From assembly GCA_951406725.2 (NCBI GenBank), contig OX597815.1:104098001-104162000 (forward strand): a stretch of DNA of 64,000 nucleotides. Direction: 5' to 3'. The position numbers were made by a program, and so were the translations under genes. Positions 1 through 13,875 of the stretch are shown here, one piece after another (positions within the stretch are counted from its first letter, which is position 1; each line of letters begins with the position of its first letter). The stretch comes from Octopus vulgaris (Eukaryota). A model generated the notes under the pieces. The model made no database searches, was not told the origin of the DNA, and saw nothing but the letters and a program-made list of their open reading frames with translations.

Positions 1-1194
1 AGGTAAGAATGTTGTTCTAAGAATACCAAAGCAAGATATACATCCATTTCATGAATGCTGCCACATTCGTACATACAAAATAGCTATGCATATTCACATA
101 TAGGCAAACATGTCCAAATATATAAACACAAATTAACTCACATTCACACATTCATGTCTTTACTCATACATAGAAAATAAAAGGAACTAAAGGTTAAAAA
201 AAAACGCCATTTGGCCATGGTCATGCATTTCAGTATTCAAATGAATTACAGCGATATACTGAATAACTTACTCAGAAAAAATATCTTGGTTAACAGAAAT
301 TTCTCTTTGAAGTGGAGAAGGAAAATAAATATCTGGCGAAAATCGCTAGTATGTGTCACAGAAAAGGGAGATAATTTTAACGAAATAAGAATTAATTTTG
401 CAAAATTCATAGTCATGCTTAGGAGTATTCTGACTTTGTTTGCAGTTAAGAGAGGAAGTTTTAGATATCTTCAGTATGTTTTGAAAAGGTCATAGGAAGA
501 AGCCTTGTCACTGTGTTAATGATCAGCTTAATTTTTGTGGTATTCGTTCGCCAAGTGAGAGTGTGAAACCCTTCGCCGAGGTTGACACCGTAACCTGGTC
601 TTCACATGTTTTTACATGAATAGATGATGCTACAAGTATTTAGATCAAGTATCTTATCTCAGAAGGTGCCATGAGTCATGTTAACACCCCCCATTTTTCT
701 TACCTGTCACTGAAGCACTAAAAAAAAGATGTTTCCAATATTTCTTTGCTTAACCCATAAAAAAACGCATACATAAATATATACCTTAATGCAAACACAC
801 ATGCACACAGACACACATGTATATACGCTCACACACTTGTGCGTATGTATGTGTGTATGCGTACATACATGTATGTATGCATGTAATTATATATGTATAT
901 ATGTATGTATGAATGTATATATGCTTGTTTGTATGTATTATGCAAGCATCATTCATATTTCATTCATCAGACAGCCGTACAGATATTCTTATACAAAACG
1001 TTTTTTCATGTGCACAAGCACATATACGTGGATATATAAATGTACATATCTTTCAGTCCCTTTTTCCGTCTATATATCTATTAATCTACCAAAGTATCGG
1101 TCTCTCTACTTACTCATACACATATAGACGCACACACATACATACTTATATTTATTTATATGCATAAATACGTATGCATATGTGTATACGTATG

Positions 1195-1261
<67 letters not shown>

Positions 1262-1949
1262 GTAATTAAATAGGTCTTTAGACAAATGGAAAAAGAGAAA
1301 AAGAGATGCAAGCATATCTATGTGTTGATATGATATAACGTTAGGTATCAGAATATCTGTTCGATTGTCTGATAAATCAAATTATTTGGTGGTGAAAGAA
1401 TATTCATATAAATATAACTCTAGAGAAAAAGTCCAGTGTGCGAAGCTGTTAGCAATAATAGAAGAGTCACATAGTAATCATATGAATATGATTCTTGGTG
1501 CATGAAACCGGAATAGACACGAATGTATAGCAAAAAGACTATTTAATAAAAACAAATTTTAAAGCTGTAGACAGTTAAAAGTGACGGACCTAGCATGATA
1601 TAGAAATGTAAGAGAAATCTACTAGCTGACTTTACCAGTTCATGTTTCCCCAAAAAAATAATATTACTATATTCAAATAAGAATTATGAAGATATGCCAC
1701 AGAGAGCAGATCGAAAATTAAATTAATCAGAACGATTGTACAATATGCAGTGATACAAAAGTCCTTTCTCTTGAAAACAGATTAATCAACATTTTTGATA
1801 TACATCAGTAAAAGGTATCTGTATATCAAAGTGTGGAGAAGAAGCAATTCTAGAATATGTAGTGTGTGTGTGTGCGTGTGTGTGTGTATGTGTATGTGTG
1901 TGTGTGTGTGTGTATGTGTGTGTGTGTGTATGTGTGTGTGTGTGTGTGT

Positions 1950-1995
<46 letters not shown>

Positions 1996-2065
1996 GCGTG
2001 CGTGTGAAGAGAAAAACAACTAGTTTTAAATCTCTGGGAGAGAAATATATAGTAACAGTACCATA

Positions 2066-2465
2066 CAGTAAAGTCTATTTACCAACACCGAGTGGCAGTC
2101 CTAAGCAGGATGATGTTACTACATTTTATCCCCGGGAAAACTGGCTACTGACACATGGTCAGTGTCCGTATACTGTGAGCAAGGGAGTCTATTGCTCCCC
2201 TTCTAGCCTTAGCGATACCTGTAGGCCAATGGTTTCTGGGTTATTTCTTTTCCTCGGTACAGAACAATCGCCGGTTAGAGATGGCAGCCATTCGACCCTG
2301 TTCACAGTATATATTTTTAAAGCGACACGCAGTCGCTTGCTCACAGTATACATACACGGACCATGTGTCGGTAGCCAGCTGGAAAACATGTTTTCCCGGG
2401 GATAAAAAGTAGTAACATCGTCCTGTGCAGGGCTGCCACATTGTGTTGGCAAATAGGCTTTACTA
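2066..2465. mobile_element. Non-autonomous element with ~120-bp imperfect terminal inverted repeats (MITE-like)
   Basis: agtaaagtctatttaccaacac...tatactgtgagcaag (2066-2183) is the diverged reverse complement of cttgctcacagtata...gttggcaaataggctttact (2336-2464). Confidence 0.8.
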
Positions 2466-2476
2466 TACATATATAC

Positions 2477-2530
<54 letters not shown>

Positions 2531-2719
2531 AAATACACCAAGGAAGCAACATATACTACCTCATGTGAAGCACTTTGTCTGTTAAAACGTAAGCATCAAA
2601 ATTGGTCCAATGAAAATAACAGAACTAATGACTAACTGAAAAAATGTACTCTCTCATTAAGTATGGATTACAGATGAAAACACTCTTCAGTGGCAACGAA
2701 ATTATATTTGAAATGTAAA

Positions 2720-3312
2720 CAGATTTGAAGAAAATGAAAGACGAGTGCTGGTCAACAAAAGCTGCCGGGCTCCAAAGAGAAAGGATATAAAAGCCTTCTA
2801 TGAAAGTATAAAAGAGTTCCATGGCCCTCAGCAATGTGAGTCCTTTATTGGTATTAGTATCGAACAGCTAACAGATAAAGTGAAAATCTTAACTTCGAAA
2901 TAGTTTTGAATTTTCCATCTGATGTGTATCATAATGCCATTGACTTAATTCCTTTAAGGCTGGAAATCCTTGAATTGGACTTTAATCCGACATATCTCGA
3001 AGTTAACAAATGGTATCAGGTAAATCGCCCGGTGGTGACGGAAAACCAGCTGAAGTGTACAACTACAGAGGTACTATACTTGTACATAAGCTTTTGGATT
3101 TGTTCGTTTTGATTTGGAAGAATGGTCAGGTTCCTCGGGAATTAAAAGATGCATCTATTACTCGTCTATTTACTACTCAGAAATGGAAAAAAGTAATTGT
3201 TATAATCATCGTGGTATATCAGTGCTTTCTGTGGTGGGAAAGATCCTCGCCCGAGTTGTTCTTAACAGAATAATACTTCATATCGTAGATCATGTTTATC
3301 TGAATCCCAGTG
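2720..3312 (+). mobile_element. RTE-like LINE ORF2 relic
   Basis: Frameshifted motifs GKSPGGDGKPAEVY...IWKNGQVPRELKDASI and CYNHRGISVLSVVGKILARVVLNR, typical of the N-terminal part of a LINE reverse transcriptase. Confidence 0.85.
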
Positions 3313-3319
3313 TATCTGA

Positions 3320-4248
3320 ATGAGATGAACGTACAATTACTCATAAGAGAGCCGTTGAAGCTGTTGACAGATCATTGTGAGATATTCGAAATAATGATGT
3401 TCCAATGGGAGGTGTGGCAGTTGTTCTATCTGGTGATTTTAGACAAACCCTTCCAGTTATCCCAAAGGAAACGAAAGCTGATGAAATTCGTGCATGCTTT
3501 AAATGATCATATCTCTGCACTACATAAAAGTGACAAATGTGTGATGATAGATTATCTGAACAGTTTTTTAATACTGAGAGAAGGAAGAGTAGACAATGAA
3601 GGTGCAATACATCCATCGCCTATTTGCACCATGGGGAAATCAGAGGAAGAAGTTATTAACAAAGTCTTTCCAAATCTCAGTGCACAACATAAGGATCACT
3701 GATGGCTGAGTGAAAGGGTAATTCTAGCCCCGAAAAATATAACAGTGAACGTATTAAACTTCAATCTATTAAAGTACCTTCCTAGAAATTGCTAATCATA
3801 TAGACCTATTGACAGTTATTGACTCATCACGAGTAGTAAACTATCCAGTTAAGTTTATAAACTCACTGGAACCACCAAGTTTACTTCCTCATAAGCATGA
3901 CTTACTGTGAATAAAATTTTGTCACGTTTTATAGAAGTTACTATACTCTCTAGATGTGCAGCAGACAATAATGTATTCATTACTAGAGTTCCATTCTACT
4001 AAATACCTACTGATTTTCCACTACAATTTAAAAGAGTAGGATTTACAATTTCACTACGTTTTGCAATGCCCATCAACAAATCGCAAGGGTAGACATTATC
4101 AGTAGCTGGTCTGCAATTAGAGGAGCCTTGCTTCTCTCATGGACAAGTGTATGTTGGATGGTCATGTGTTAGCAGTTCAAAAGATATTTTGATTTACATC
4201 CCACAGGGAAAGACTCATAATGTTGTATATCAAGAAATTTTATCATAA
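3320..4248 (+). mobile_element. Helitron PIF1-like helicase relic
   Basis: Disrupted motifs MGGVAVVLSGDFRQTLPVIP, WLSERVILAPKN, FAMPINKSQG*TL, PCFSHGQVYVG and KTHNVVYQEILS*. Confidence 0.9.
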
Positions 4249-4402
4249 CTTGCTTTTATGTGTTTTCTATTTCAAACATATTATTGTTGATGATCTCACA
4301 GAATTTATGTCAGTAGTGATAGAATCACTAATCACAATAATCAAGAAAAAACTCATATATAAATTTTTTTAATGAAATCTCATTATCTTTAATCCGGGCA
4401 AC

Positions 4403-4433
<31 letters not shown>

Positions 4434-4614
4434 TGTATGTATGTATGTATGCATGTATGTATGTATGTATGTATGTATGTATGTATGTACATATATGTAT
4501 GTATATATGTGCGTGTGTATGTATGCACCTATGTATTTATATACATATATGTATGAGCATATATGTATGTATGGACATGTATATTTATATATCTATATAT
4601 ATATATATATATAT

Positions 4615-4955
4615 ACAATTGCAGCGTGGAAGGTGTTTATAAGCCATTTAAGAAACACACAAAAGCCGTTCGATTCACTTCAACATTTAAGTTTAATTTG
4701 TTAAAATATTTTCGTCGCTAAAATCCGCGACCTGTTCACTGACAAAGTCCATGCTGCATCACGGACTTTGTCAGTGAACAGGTCGCGGATTTTAGCGACG
4801 AAAATATTTTAACAAATTAAACTTAAATGTTGAAGTGAATCGAACGGCTTTTGTGTGTTTCTTAAATGGCTTATAAACACCTTCCACGCTGCAATTGTTT
4901 TCGTTTCAGCACACGATCTCAGATCAAATTACTTGCTATGCGAGTACATCTCCGT
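4615..4955. mobile_element. Fold-back element with 136-bp inverted arms (Penelope pLTR-like or retrozyme-like)
   Basis: 4615-4750 is the reverse complement of 4763-4898 with a 12-nt spacer; the right arm runs on to about 4955; (TA)n on both sides. Confidence 0.9.
4767..4816 (+). ncRNA. Minimal type I hammerhead ribozyme, G3-C8 core variant (mirror copy at 4697-4746 on -)
   Basis: UUUGUCA-GUGAACA-G-GUCGC(ggauuuua)GCGAC-GAAA-AUAU-UU-UAACAAA: stem I with one mismatch, 5-bp stem II, self-complementary stem III region AAUAUU. Confidence 0.65.
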
Positions 4956-4956
4956 A

Positions 4957-4997
<41 letters not shown>

Positions 4998-5227
4998 TGA
5001 GAGTGTCCCTATGACAATTTGGTTACAAAACATTGATTTACTTGGTTTGCAGTTAAATATGTTAATAGCAGGAAAATATAAGCTATAAATTGAAGTCTTT
5101 ACTTCAGTATTTTTTACTACATTATTTAATCTTCTGAAGACCAAATTGGAGTCATTGGATGGTGTGTGTGCCATTCAATAACTTCAGTTTGATCATCATA
5201 TGGACACTCACATATAAGCACGCACAG

Positions 5228-5270
<43 letters not shown>

Positions 5271-5695
5271 ATATACTTCCATATATACCATATCATTAAC
5301 GGATAAAAACAAAGAAATGGTATTACAAAACTTTTCCTCGCTCAAAATAAAACGCCCTACACGAAACAATCCATCTGCATATAAACTAGATTGGCAGTGT
5401 ATGAATATAATTTGCTTTTCACTCCTTAAGTATTCTTATATCTAAATGAAACTACAGGTCAGTGCGAGATATAGAATAGAAGCTTACATTTCCAACAACT
5501 TTTGTGGGGGACGTGTGTGTGCACGCGTTTGTGCGTGTATGTGTGTGCGTGCGTGTCTGCGTGCGTGTGTGTGTGTGCATTTAGTTTAATAACGAATTCT
5601 TCAATAGAGAACTTAGCAAGATTCTGTGAGAATTCAAAAATTTTCCAGTAGATAGACATATATAAAATGATTATCTCTTAAAGTAAATGAGAAAT

Positions 5696-5891
5696 TACGG
5701 AGATGTACTTGCATAGCAAGTGACCTGATCTGAGATCGTGTGCTGGAACAAAAACAATTGCAGCGGAGAAGGTGTTTATAAGCCATTTAAGAAACACACA
5801 AAACCGTTAGATTTACTTCAACATTTAATTTACTTCAAATTTAATTTGTCAAAATATTTTCGTCGCTTTGATACCGCGACCTGTTCACTGA
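5696..5891 (-). mobile_element. Third, solo copy of the G3-C8 HHR element
   Basis: Homologous to 4772-4955. The motif at 5845-5891 (-) keeps GUGAACA, GUCGC/GCGAC and GAAAAUAUUU, has a different loop II, and has the 3' stem I arm UGACAAA. Confidence 0.8.
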
Positions 5892-5915
5892 AAATTTCAA
5901 GAAATTCAATAATTA

Positions 5916-6203
5916 ATAGCAAAGTTTATTTGCCAACAGAATGTGGTGGTACTAAAAAGGACAATGTTACTATTGTTTAAGCCTCAGGAAAACATATTTT
6001 CCAGCTGGTTATCGACACACTCTCTGTGTACGAATGGTGTTTGCAAGGGAGGTCATCGCTCCCAACCCCAGCCTTACGTGATACTCACAGACCATGGTTC
6101 CTGAGTGGTTACTCGTCCTCACTGTGAGGCAAACACTAGCTGTTGATGAAAGCTTTCTCCACTCACAAACACTATATATTTTTTAAGCGATACACAGTTG
6201 CTG
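5916..6203 (+). mobile_element. Second, truncated and diverged copy of the 2066-2465 element
   Basis: Collinear similarity over the left arm and the internal segment (tatatttttaaagcgacacgcagtcgct versus tatattttttaagcgatacacagttgct). Confidence 0.7.
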
Positions 6204-8117
6204 ATTTCGTATAGAGAAAACTTGTTTTAAATCTCTCTGCAGAAAATTGAATTTTCGTTATATTAAGCCTTTTAACATTTACAGATACGTTTGGGTCTCA
6301 GATTTTCTCAGCCAACCATAGTTTTGTAGTGTGGAACATTTTTCACAAGTAGAGAAAGAGTTACAAAGAATTTTGACCTGAGTAATTTGCATACTGACAG
6401 AATATGAGCTAACAGAAATAATCTTTCTTGGCTCACCTCTATGTCACAATTCTAGGATCTTGTATTTCAGACGTTCGAAATTTGAATAGAATTTTCATTT
6501 TCAAGTCTTTTGTGTAGGTAAAAATGTAAATTATTTACTTGAGTTTGATATAATGTTTTCATTCCTACATATCTGGAATTTTTTTTGTTTTTTGTTGCTT
6601 TTTGTTAGCTGTTTTTGGAATGTTACCTTATAGTAAGTGACATTGGTCGTTTACACTGACAGAAACAAGTAGTTCAACATGCGCATGTTGGTATATCAAT
6701 TTATAAAGCAGTTATGCCCACTTTTTCATTACTTTCGGCTTAACCCTCGCGACAAAGAAAAACAAATTTTATACGAAGTTTGCAACAGCACTTTTTATTG
6801 TGCTATAAAAAAACATATAAATTAAAACCTTAAAGAACGCTATTAAATTACAGTACTTTTGCTATTAGATTGCTTTCACTTCCTGGCTGCTATCGTTTTG
6901 TAATTGAAATAGAAATTTGACTATTAGTTGTATATGAAATTAAGTTGAAACAGGATTTCACGGTTGAATCTATTTAGAATTACAATGTGTTGAATTAAAT
7001 AATCAACTTACTTTCGGTTAGTGTGAAAATAACTCAATTAGATATCAAGTCTTTATGTCTTAAAACTTATTCAGCTGAACAGCTAAGACGAAATAATTTA
7101 ATGATAAGAAATTCTTGGAAACCTTACTAAGGGTTCGGAATAAACTATTTAGGCATTTTGTAATTTCAGAGTAAATCATTCAAATATAAACACCGAATAT
7201 TGTGAAGGTTTCTTAACATAATGACTTATGAACTTGACAGAATAAACAGAATTCTTGAGGGAAGAGTGCGTTAATCGAATTTCACTTAGTAATTTGTAGT
7301 TATTTCACCGACTACAGGTAGACTATTTTAAGTAACTTTATCTGAAGAACTTTAAAGAATTTCATAACACCCACATCGCACTTTATATCCTTAAAATAAT
7401 GATTTCTCATGTGGGTTACAAATCACGTACTTTTGTAATGCTGAATCTACTCGCATTTCAGCAGTGGTGAAATTGAAAGTTGGCTCCTATGTGATTTGAT
7501 CTACGTAACAAAATACCACATGGCAATTATTTCAGTGTGCTTGTGCTTCTATCAAATCATCAGAATTTTGGTTCCTTAAAATAATGTTATACAGTATAGA
7601 TTTTCCTCTCTATAATAATATGCTAGATTATAAAATGGGTCAATGGAATTATTGAATTCTTCCAATAATTTCAATAATTCCAATAATTCCGATAATTTAC
7701 ACTTATATTATACAGGAATTCAAAAGTATGAAAAAAATTTTTTTTTCCTTAATAATGCAATTGATACCCTTCGCTGATAGATTTAAAGGATAAGCTGAAT
7801 AACGGGTGTATTAAGAAAGCATTGAAGCTTATGTGAAAGAATATAGTTATGACAAGAGAAGCTATTATTAGTGTGTAATCCTGTTGATTTTTTTTTAATC
7901 CCAGGAAAATATTGCATTATTTTATCTTAACAAAACGAATTAGAACATTTAAATTCTTTATGATGATAATGATGAGGTGAAAGAATAAAAACCAATGAAT
8001 TAAGAGAAGATTGATGGAGGAGGACAAAGAATGGTAAAATCAGTTATGCAGTGTTAACTGGATGAATGTGAATAACTTTCAGTCAGAGTAAAATTGCATT
8101 TTTAATGGAAAATGGGA

Positions 8118-8190
<73 letters not shown>

Positions 8191-8226
8191 TACATACATA
8201 CATACATACATACATACATACATACA

Positions 8227-8258
<32 letters not shown>

Positions 8259-8305
8259 GTAAATTGATATAGATATTATATGTCCATGTGTTTATTTATC
8301 TGTAG

Positions 8306-8431
8306 ATGCGCCAGTTGAGGCAAATGAACCAAGAAGAAACACCAGGCAGCATCCTTTTAGGAAAGAACATTCGTCCAACGATGCCATTGAACAGAAGAAC
8401 TATAAGGACCAATATAAGCCCAGAAGCACAG
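8306..8431 (+). CDS. Candidate internal exon (126 bp) of an unidentified host gene
   Basis: Acceptor tttatttatctgtag and donor CAG|gtaaga; non-repetitive; open in phase 0 (MRQLRQMNQEETPGSILLGKNIRPTMPLNRRTIRTNISPEAQ) and also in phase 1. Window positions 1-8 (AG|gtaaga) look like the preceding donor. Confidence 0.6.
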
Positions 8432-9011
8432 GTAAGAGGTTTGTGGTAACGACTGTGCGGCGAATGAATATCTATGCTGGTGCTGACACATTAATGTTTA
8501 AGATCGCAGAATGAGATTAGAGGGTGGCTATGCAGGCAATTCTAGTAGATCGAGATAATGAAGAGAGGGATGGTGATTTCACTAGAATTAGTGATTATTA
8601 CTCGTTAAATAAATAGATATCACATAATAAAATTCTTTCAATAAGGAAAGAAATAATTATCCTTATCATCAAATTCATCATAATTTTAAGTTTTGTACAT
8701 GTTTCTACTGCGCTATCAATAGCATCCCCGTATTGCTGAAGCGTGACCAGCATTGTGTTTTGCGTGTGTAGATCTTTGTATACGACATATGTGTAGCTTT
8801 GTCGTAAGATTTAATGTTTCATTTAATTTGCATGTTTGTCTAGTGTGAGTCGTGTTATATTGTTGGCTACATATTTGTTGTTCTTTTTTGCTGTATACTG
8901 TGTGAGTTGTTGATTATTATTATTATTGTTGTTATTATTATCATTATTATTATCATCATCATCATCATCATCATCATTATTATTGTTATCATTATCATTA
9001 TTGAGTTTTTG

Positions 9012-9064
<53 letters not shown>

Positions 9065-9089
9065 GTAACATTCCGTCTGTCTTCATATA

Positions 9090-9460
9090 CTAAGTTTAAA
9101 TTTTACCTAGGTCGACTTAGCATTTTATCCTTTCGGGGTTGCTAAAATAAGTATCAGTCGAGTACGGTGGTCGATGTAATTGACTAGGCCCCAACTCCAA
9201 TATTTCAGGCCTTGTGCCTGTAGTATAAAAAAATATTTATTATTAAGGCGACGAGCAAGCAGAATCGTTAGCACACCGGGCGAAAAGCTTAGCGGTATTT
9301 TGTCTACGTTCTGAGTTCAAATTCCTCCGAGGTTGTCTTTGCCTTTCATCCTCTCAGGGGCGATTAAATAAGTACCAGTTACGCACTGGGGTCGATGTAA
9401 TCGACTTACCCTTTCCCTCCCCGCAAATTTCAGGCCTTGTGCCTATAATAGAAAGGATTC
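9090..9460 (+). mobile_element. tRNA-derived SINE family A: partial copy followed by a full copy from 9246
   Basis: ggcgacgagcaagcagaatcgttagc...gagttcaaattcc (B-box-like)...gcctttcatcc...gtaccagttacgcactggggtcgat; same consensus as the other copies in the window. Confidence 0.85.
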
Positions 9461-9465
9461 TTCGT

Positions 9466-11030
9466 ATTATTATTGCCTTTGCACAGCTTCTAACGCTGGA
9501 GATGTACTACGGTGTCACTACCAGTGAACTAAGGTGACACCTCTTATTTTTCGAGCACCTTCCGGTGTATTCGAGCGGAACCAAGCAGTGCTGTTTTCTG
9601 CAAGTGCTCTGCTCTTATTGCAGACCCTATTTGTTCAATGTACTTCTCAAGGTTTTTAATCACTGTTCCCAGGGCTCCGACAATTATCGGTACCACTACC
9701 ACCTTTTTCATGGATCACAACTCCTGTTACCTCCTGTTAACCTTTTATATCTATCGACTTTTCTTTCTTCCTTATCGCATACCTTGTTGTCAGCTGGGCA
9801 TGTTAAGCATAGTTTGATTTCTTTCTCAATTAAGACTGTCTAGCTTCCTATTCTCTATCTCATGGTCGCACTGAATCATAAATTCCCAGAGGATTTTTGC
9901 ATTATCATTTTGGATGATACCTTCGTGTCTGTGGTCGTACCAATTTTTTTCACTGTCAAGTCCATACTTGTTAGTGTCCAATGGACAAGTTTTGCTATAT
10001 TGTCGTGGCGTCTCTTATATTCCTTCTGGGCTAGTGGCGTACATTAGCTGGTAATATGCCATACGGTTTCGCCATTTTGTCCACAGATTCTGCACTTATC
10101 ACTCTCTGATATGTTGTCTAATCTGTATTTTATGTAGTTTGTTCTTAGTGCTTGCTCTTGGGCAGCACAGATTAGAACCTCCGTTTCCAGTTTTAGGTCA
10201 CTTTTAGTCATCCACAGACATCTTTCTCTGGCTGCCTTATCTTCAACATCTCCTTGAAATTGTCCACGCTTTCTTTTCTTTACCCACCTATTTTCAGTTT
10301 CATTCGTTTTCAACTTCTTGTATAGTGCTTTATCTTTGCAATCTTTCATCCTTCACAATCCTCACCTTCTTACTTCTAATAATAGCGGTTCTGTGGCAGT
10401 TTTTACATACCATGCTATGCTATGTTGTTTTCTTCTGCTCTTCTGTGTTCGCATCCAATCAGTCCTCTTCCCCCTCTTTTTCTTGGTACTTATAGTCTGT
10501 CTGTGTCACTTTTTGGGTGGAGTGACTCATATCTATTTAGCAACTTCCAGGTGTTGATAGCTTCGATCTTATTCCGTCCGTTTAATTTCGACTTAAGTAT
10601 CAGACTCAGTCTGCGCAAGTACGCCACCTTAAATTTTTCTGTCGTTTCTTTCTCAATCAATTTATCCATTTCTAAAATCTTCAAATATTTATAGCCCGTC
10701 TCTTCTATCTGCTTCATAACCTTCCTTGACTGTATCGATAGCCCGTCCATACATTTGATTTTACCTCACTTCAAGACTAACACGCCACACTTTCTCAGTC
10801 CGAACTCCATACTGATATCAGCACTGAAAGCATACGCTGTATCAATGAGGGAACTGACTTGGTCTTTGTTGACTTTTTGTTGGCGGCTTCTGAATACATA
10901 CCCAGCTTTTACTTTCCTCAGAATTAGTGTCAGTGGTATCAAGTACAGTACAAAGATCAGTGGGGACATGCAGTCCTCTTGGAAGATTCCCCTCCTAATT
11001 TCTACTGTCCCTAAACTTTTTCCGTACACG
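9466..11030 (-). mobile_element. R4/Dong-like (restriction-like endonuclease) non-LTR retrotransposon, 3' part
   Basis: Motifs [35 protein letters not shown] and zinc knuckle CRICGQNGETVWHITS*C; short (AAT)n tail near 9466. Confidence 0.9.
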
Positions 11031-11032
11031 GA

Positions 11033-11537
11033 AGACAATTACAGGCCGATATCCTATTTGCCACTTATGTGGAAATTATTGACTGGAATACTCACAAAGT
11101 CAATGTACGAACATCTGGGGAAAAAATGGAGTCCTGTCACATGAGCAGAAGAGGTGCAAGTGTAAGTGCAGACGTACCAAGGATCAACTCCTGATGGATA
11201 AAACTGTACTTAAAGAATGCAAGAGGAGGAAAAGTAACTTAGCCATCGCATGGATCGACTATCGTAAGGCGTATGATATGATCCCCTCACTCTTGGATAA
11301 TGGAATTTATGAACCTATTTGGTATTGCATCGAATGTTGAGCGATTGCTTCAAAAAAGTGTGGCGAATTGTAGGACGGACCTGACAGCATACGGAAGTTT
11401 AGGAACAGAAGAAATCAGGAGGGACATCTTCCAAGGGGACTGCCTGATCTTTGTACAGTGCTTGATATCAGTAACACTGATTCTGAGGAAATCAAAAGCT
11501 GGGTATATATTCAAAAGCCGCCAGCAAAAAGTCAACC
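11033..11537 (+). mobile_element. Inverted upstream RT segment of the same R4/Dong-like family
   Basis: [45 protein letters not shown] and RRDIFQGDCL; ends at QQKVN, followed by (TAT)n. Confidence 0.9.
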
Positions 11538-11557
11538 TATTATTATTATTATTATTA

Positions 11558-11631
<74 letters not shown>

Positions 11632-12015
11632 TAATATTATTATTATTATTATCGTTTGGTCTTCAAAGGCTTTGCATCAGCCCCCGAAGCTTTGTTAAAT
11701 TTAGTTGAAATGATATCCTTATTGCGAAAAATTTCTTGGATAAGGACCGTACATCACTGGATGAAGAGGAGGCTGTCAACAATTGCCATAAAAGGCACAA
11801 TTTCTGTAATATTAATTTGCTTCTGACTTTTTGTTTTGACTCTTTGGGAAAACGGCAACGACAACAGATTAATTAAGGAGGTAGCATAGAGATCTCCTCA
11901 TACTACAACAAACTTGCTCCAGAACAACGAAAAAGATGGTGTGCGGATGGAAAGAAGATTAACTTTTGGGGCAAAACTTTTCTCATATATATATATATAT
12001 TTATTTATTTATTTA

Positions 12016-12139
<124 letters not shown>

Positions 12140-13405
12140 TTTAATCCTTTCGATTGAAATACAATAGTACTAAATATTCAATATAGTATTAACAATAGCT
12201 TATTGAATATAGAATTTTTTTCTCGATATTCAACAGCTTTTGAGGTATATTGATATCTGATTCTGCATAAATAAGTGAAACCTGTAAACTTAGCATTCCA
12301 AATATAAATAAGTTTTGATCTCTTGACCAAAAACGTTACAAATATCTACGTTATCATCTTCAAAGATATTCAACTATAAAAGAATATGGAAGGCTAACAA
12401 CTGACACCATTTTTTTATTATTCGTTTTCAAATGGTGCTACTGCAGTCTGCATTTGCTGAATAGTTGGGATTATACTTTCACTATGTTCTTTCTGCTTTA
12501 ATATTTTCCAGTTTAACTATAAATGCGAAACTATTTTTAACTGAACATTCAGTTTGTTCGTTTATCGCACGTGTTTCATAAATAACTAACCAACCACCTA
12601 GTTCTTTAAGCAAGGTTACTAATACTAGTAGCCTTACATAAAGTTTACTAGTGTCTAACAGTAAGATATGATTTAATTCAATATTTACAGCGACAATTAT
12701 TTCCATGTAATCATAGCTTTAAGCAGTGTAAATATAAAGTAAGATCTCCTTACTCCTGCAAGGCGATTGCAAATTTACAAACAAGCCAAGTAAATGTAAA
12801 GATTTAATGTAGGTTGAGAATCAGATAAATTTTTTCGTCATAAACATGTTTAGGTGAATGTAATGTTTTTAGTCGACGCTGTAATATTTTTTAGACATAT
12901 GTTAACAAATGCTTGCTAAACATCGTCGGACATAATAAACGAGATTTATTTGGCCTGGTTTCGAAAGATGTTACATCCTCTTTAGAATTCATATGCTCGT
13001 CTCTTCGTACAGAATTCCAGTAAATCCGTCTGAATTGTAAAATTCCAGTAAATCCGTCAGAAATAACGCTTTGCTGGTAGCAAATTCATTAGCACTTGCA
13101 TTAATCAGCATCTATAAATAATTTTTAATGTGTATCAAAGTTAATTTGTTTTAGATACTTTGGACAAATGCACACAAATAAGTATTGATATCTCTTCCAC
13201 GGATAGAAAAAGGTACATCGATTTGATCTGGTTTCAAAGATTGTTGGATTCTCCTGAAAAGTCACTAACTAAAATTCAAATAGATGCAGTGCAAGAAGCA
13301 GTCAGTTGTTCAAATAAAACTTTTTAAATAGTGAAAACTAAATTCAACAGCTTTTGTTTGCTTTTAGCCTGTTAAAAGGGCTCTTCCAATATGTGTGTGT
13401 GCGTC

Positions 13406-13639
13406 TTTTACTTGTTTCAGTCATTAAACTGCGGCCATGCTGGAGCACTGCCTAGAAGATTTTTAGTCGAACGAAATTACCCCAGTACTTACATTTTTGC
13501 TAAACCTGCTTCTTATTCTGTCAGTTCTTTTACCAAACTGCTAAGTTACAAGGATGTAAACACAACAACACAAGTTATCAAGCGGTGGTGAGAGATACAC
13601 AGAGACACAAAGACATACACACGCGCGCGGTCACATACT

Positions 13640-13727
<88 letters not shown>

Positions 13728-13875
13728 CGACGGGCTTCTCCCAGTTTCCGTATGGCAAATCCACTCTAAAGGCTTTGGCCGGTCCGAACCTATAGTAGGA
13801 GGCACTCTAGGTTTCACGCAGCGGGACTGAACCCGGAACTATGCAAGCTTCCTACCACACATCCACACCTGCGCC
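13406..13875 (-). mobile_element. tRNA-derived SINE family B, with internal microsatellite
   Basis: Head ggcgcaggtgtgga...gttccgggttcagtccc, (TA)/(TG) middle, tail ...gtgctccagcatggccgcag...gactgaaacaag. Confidence 0.85.
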
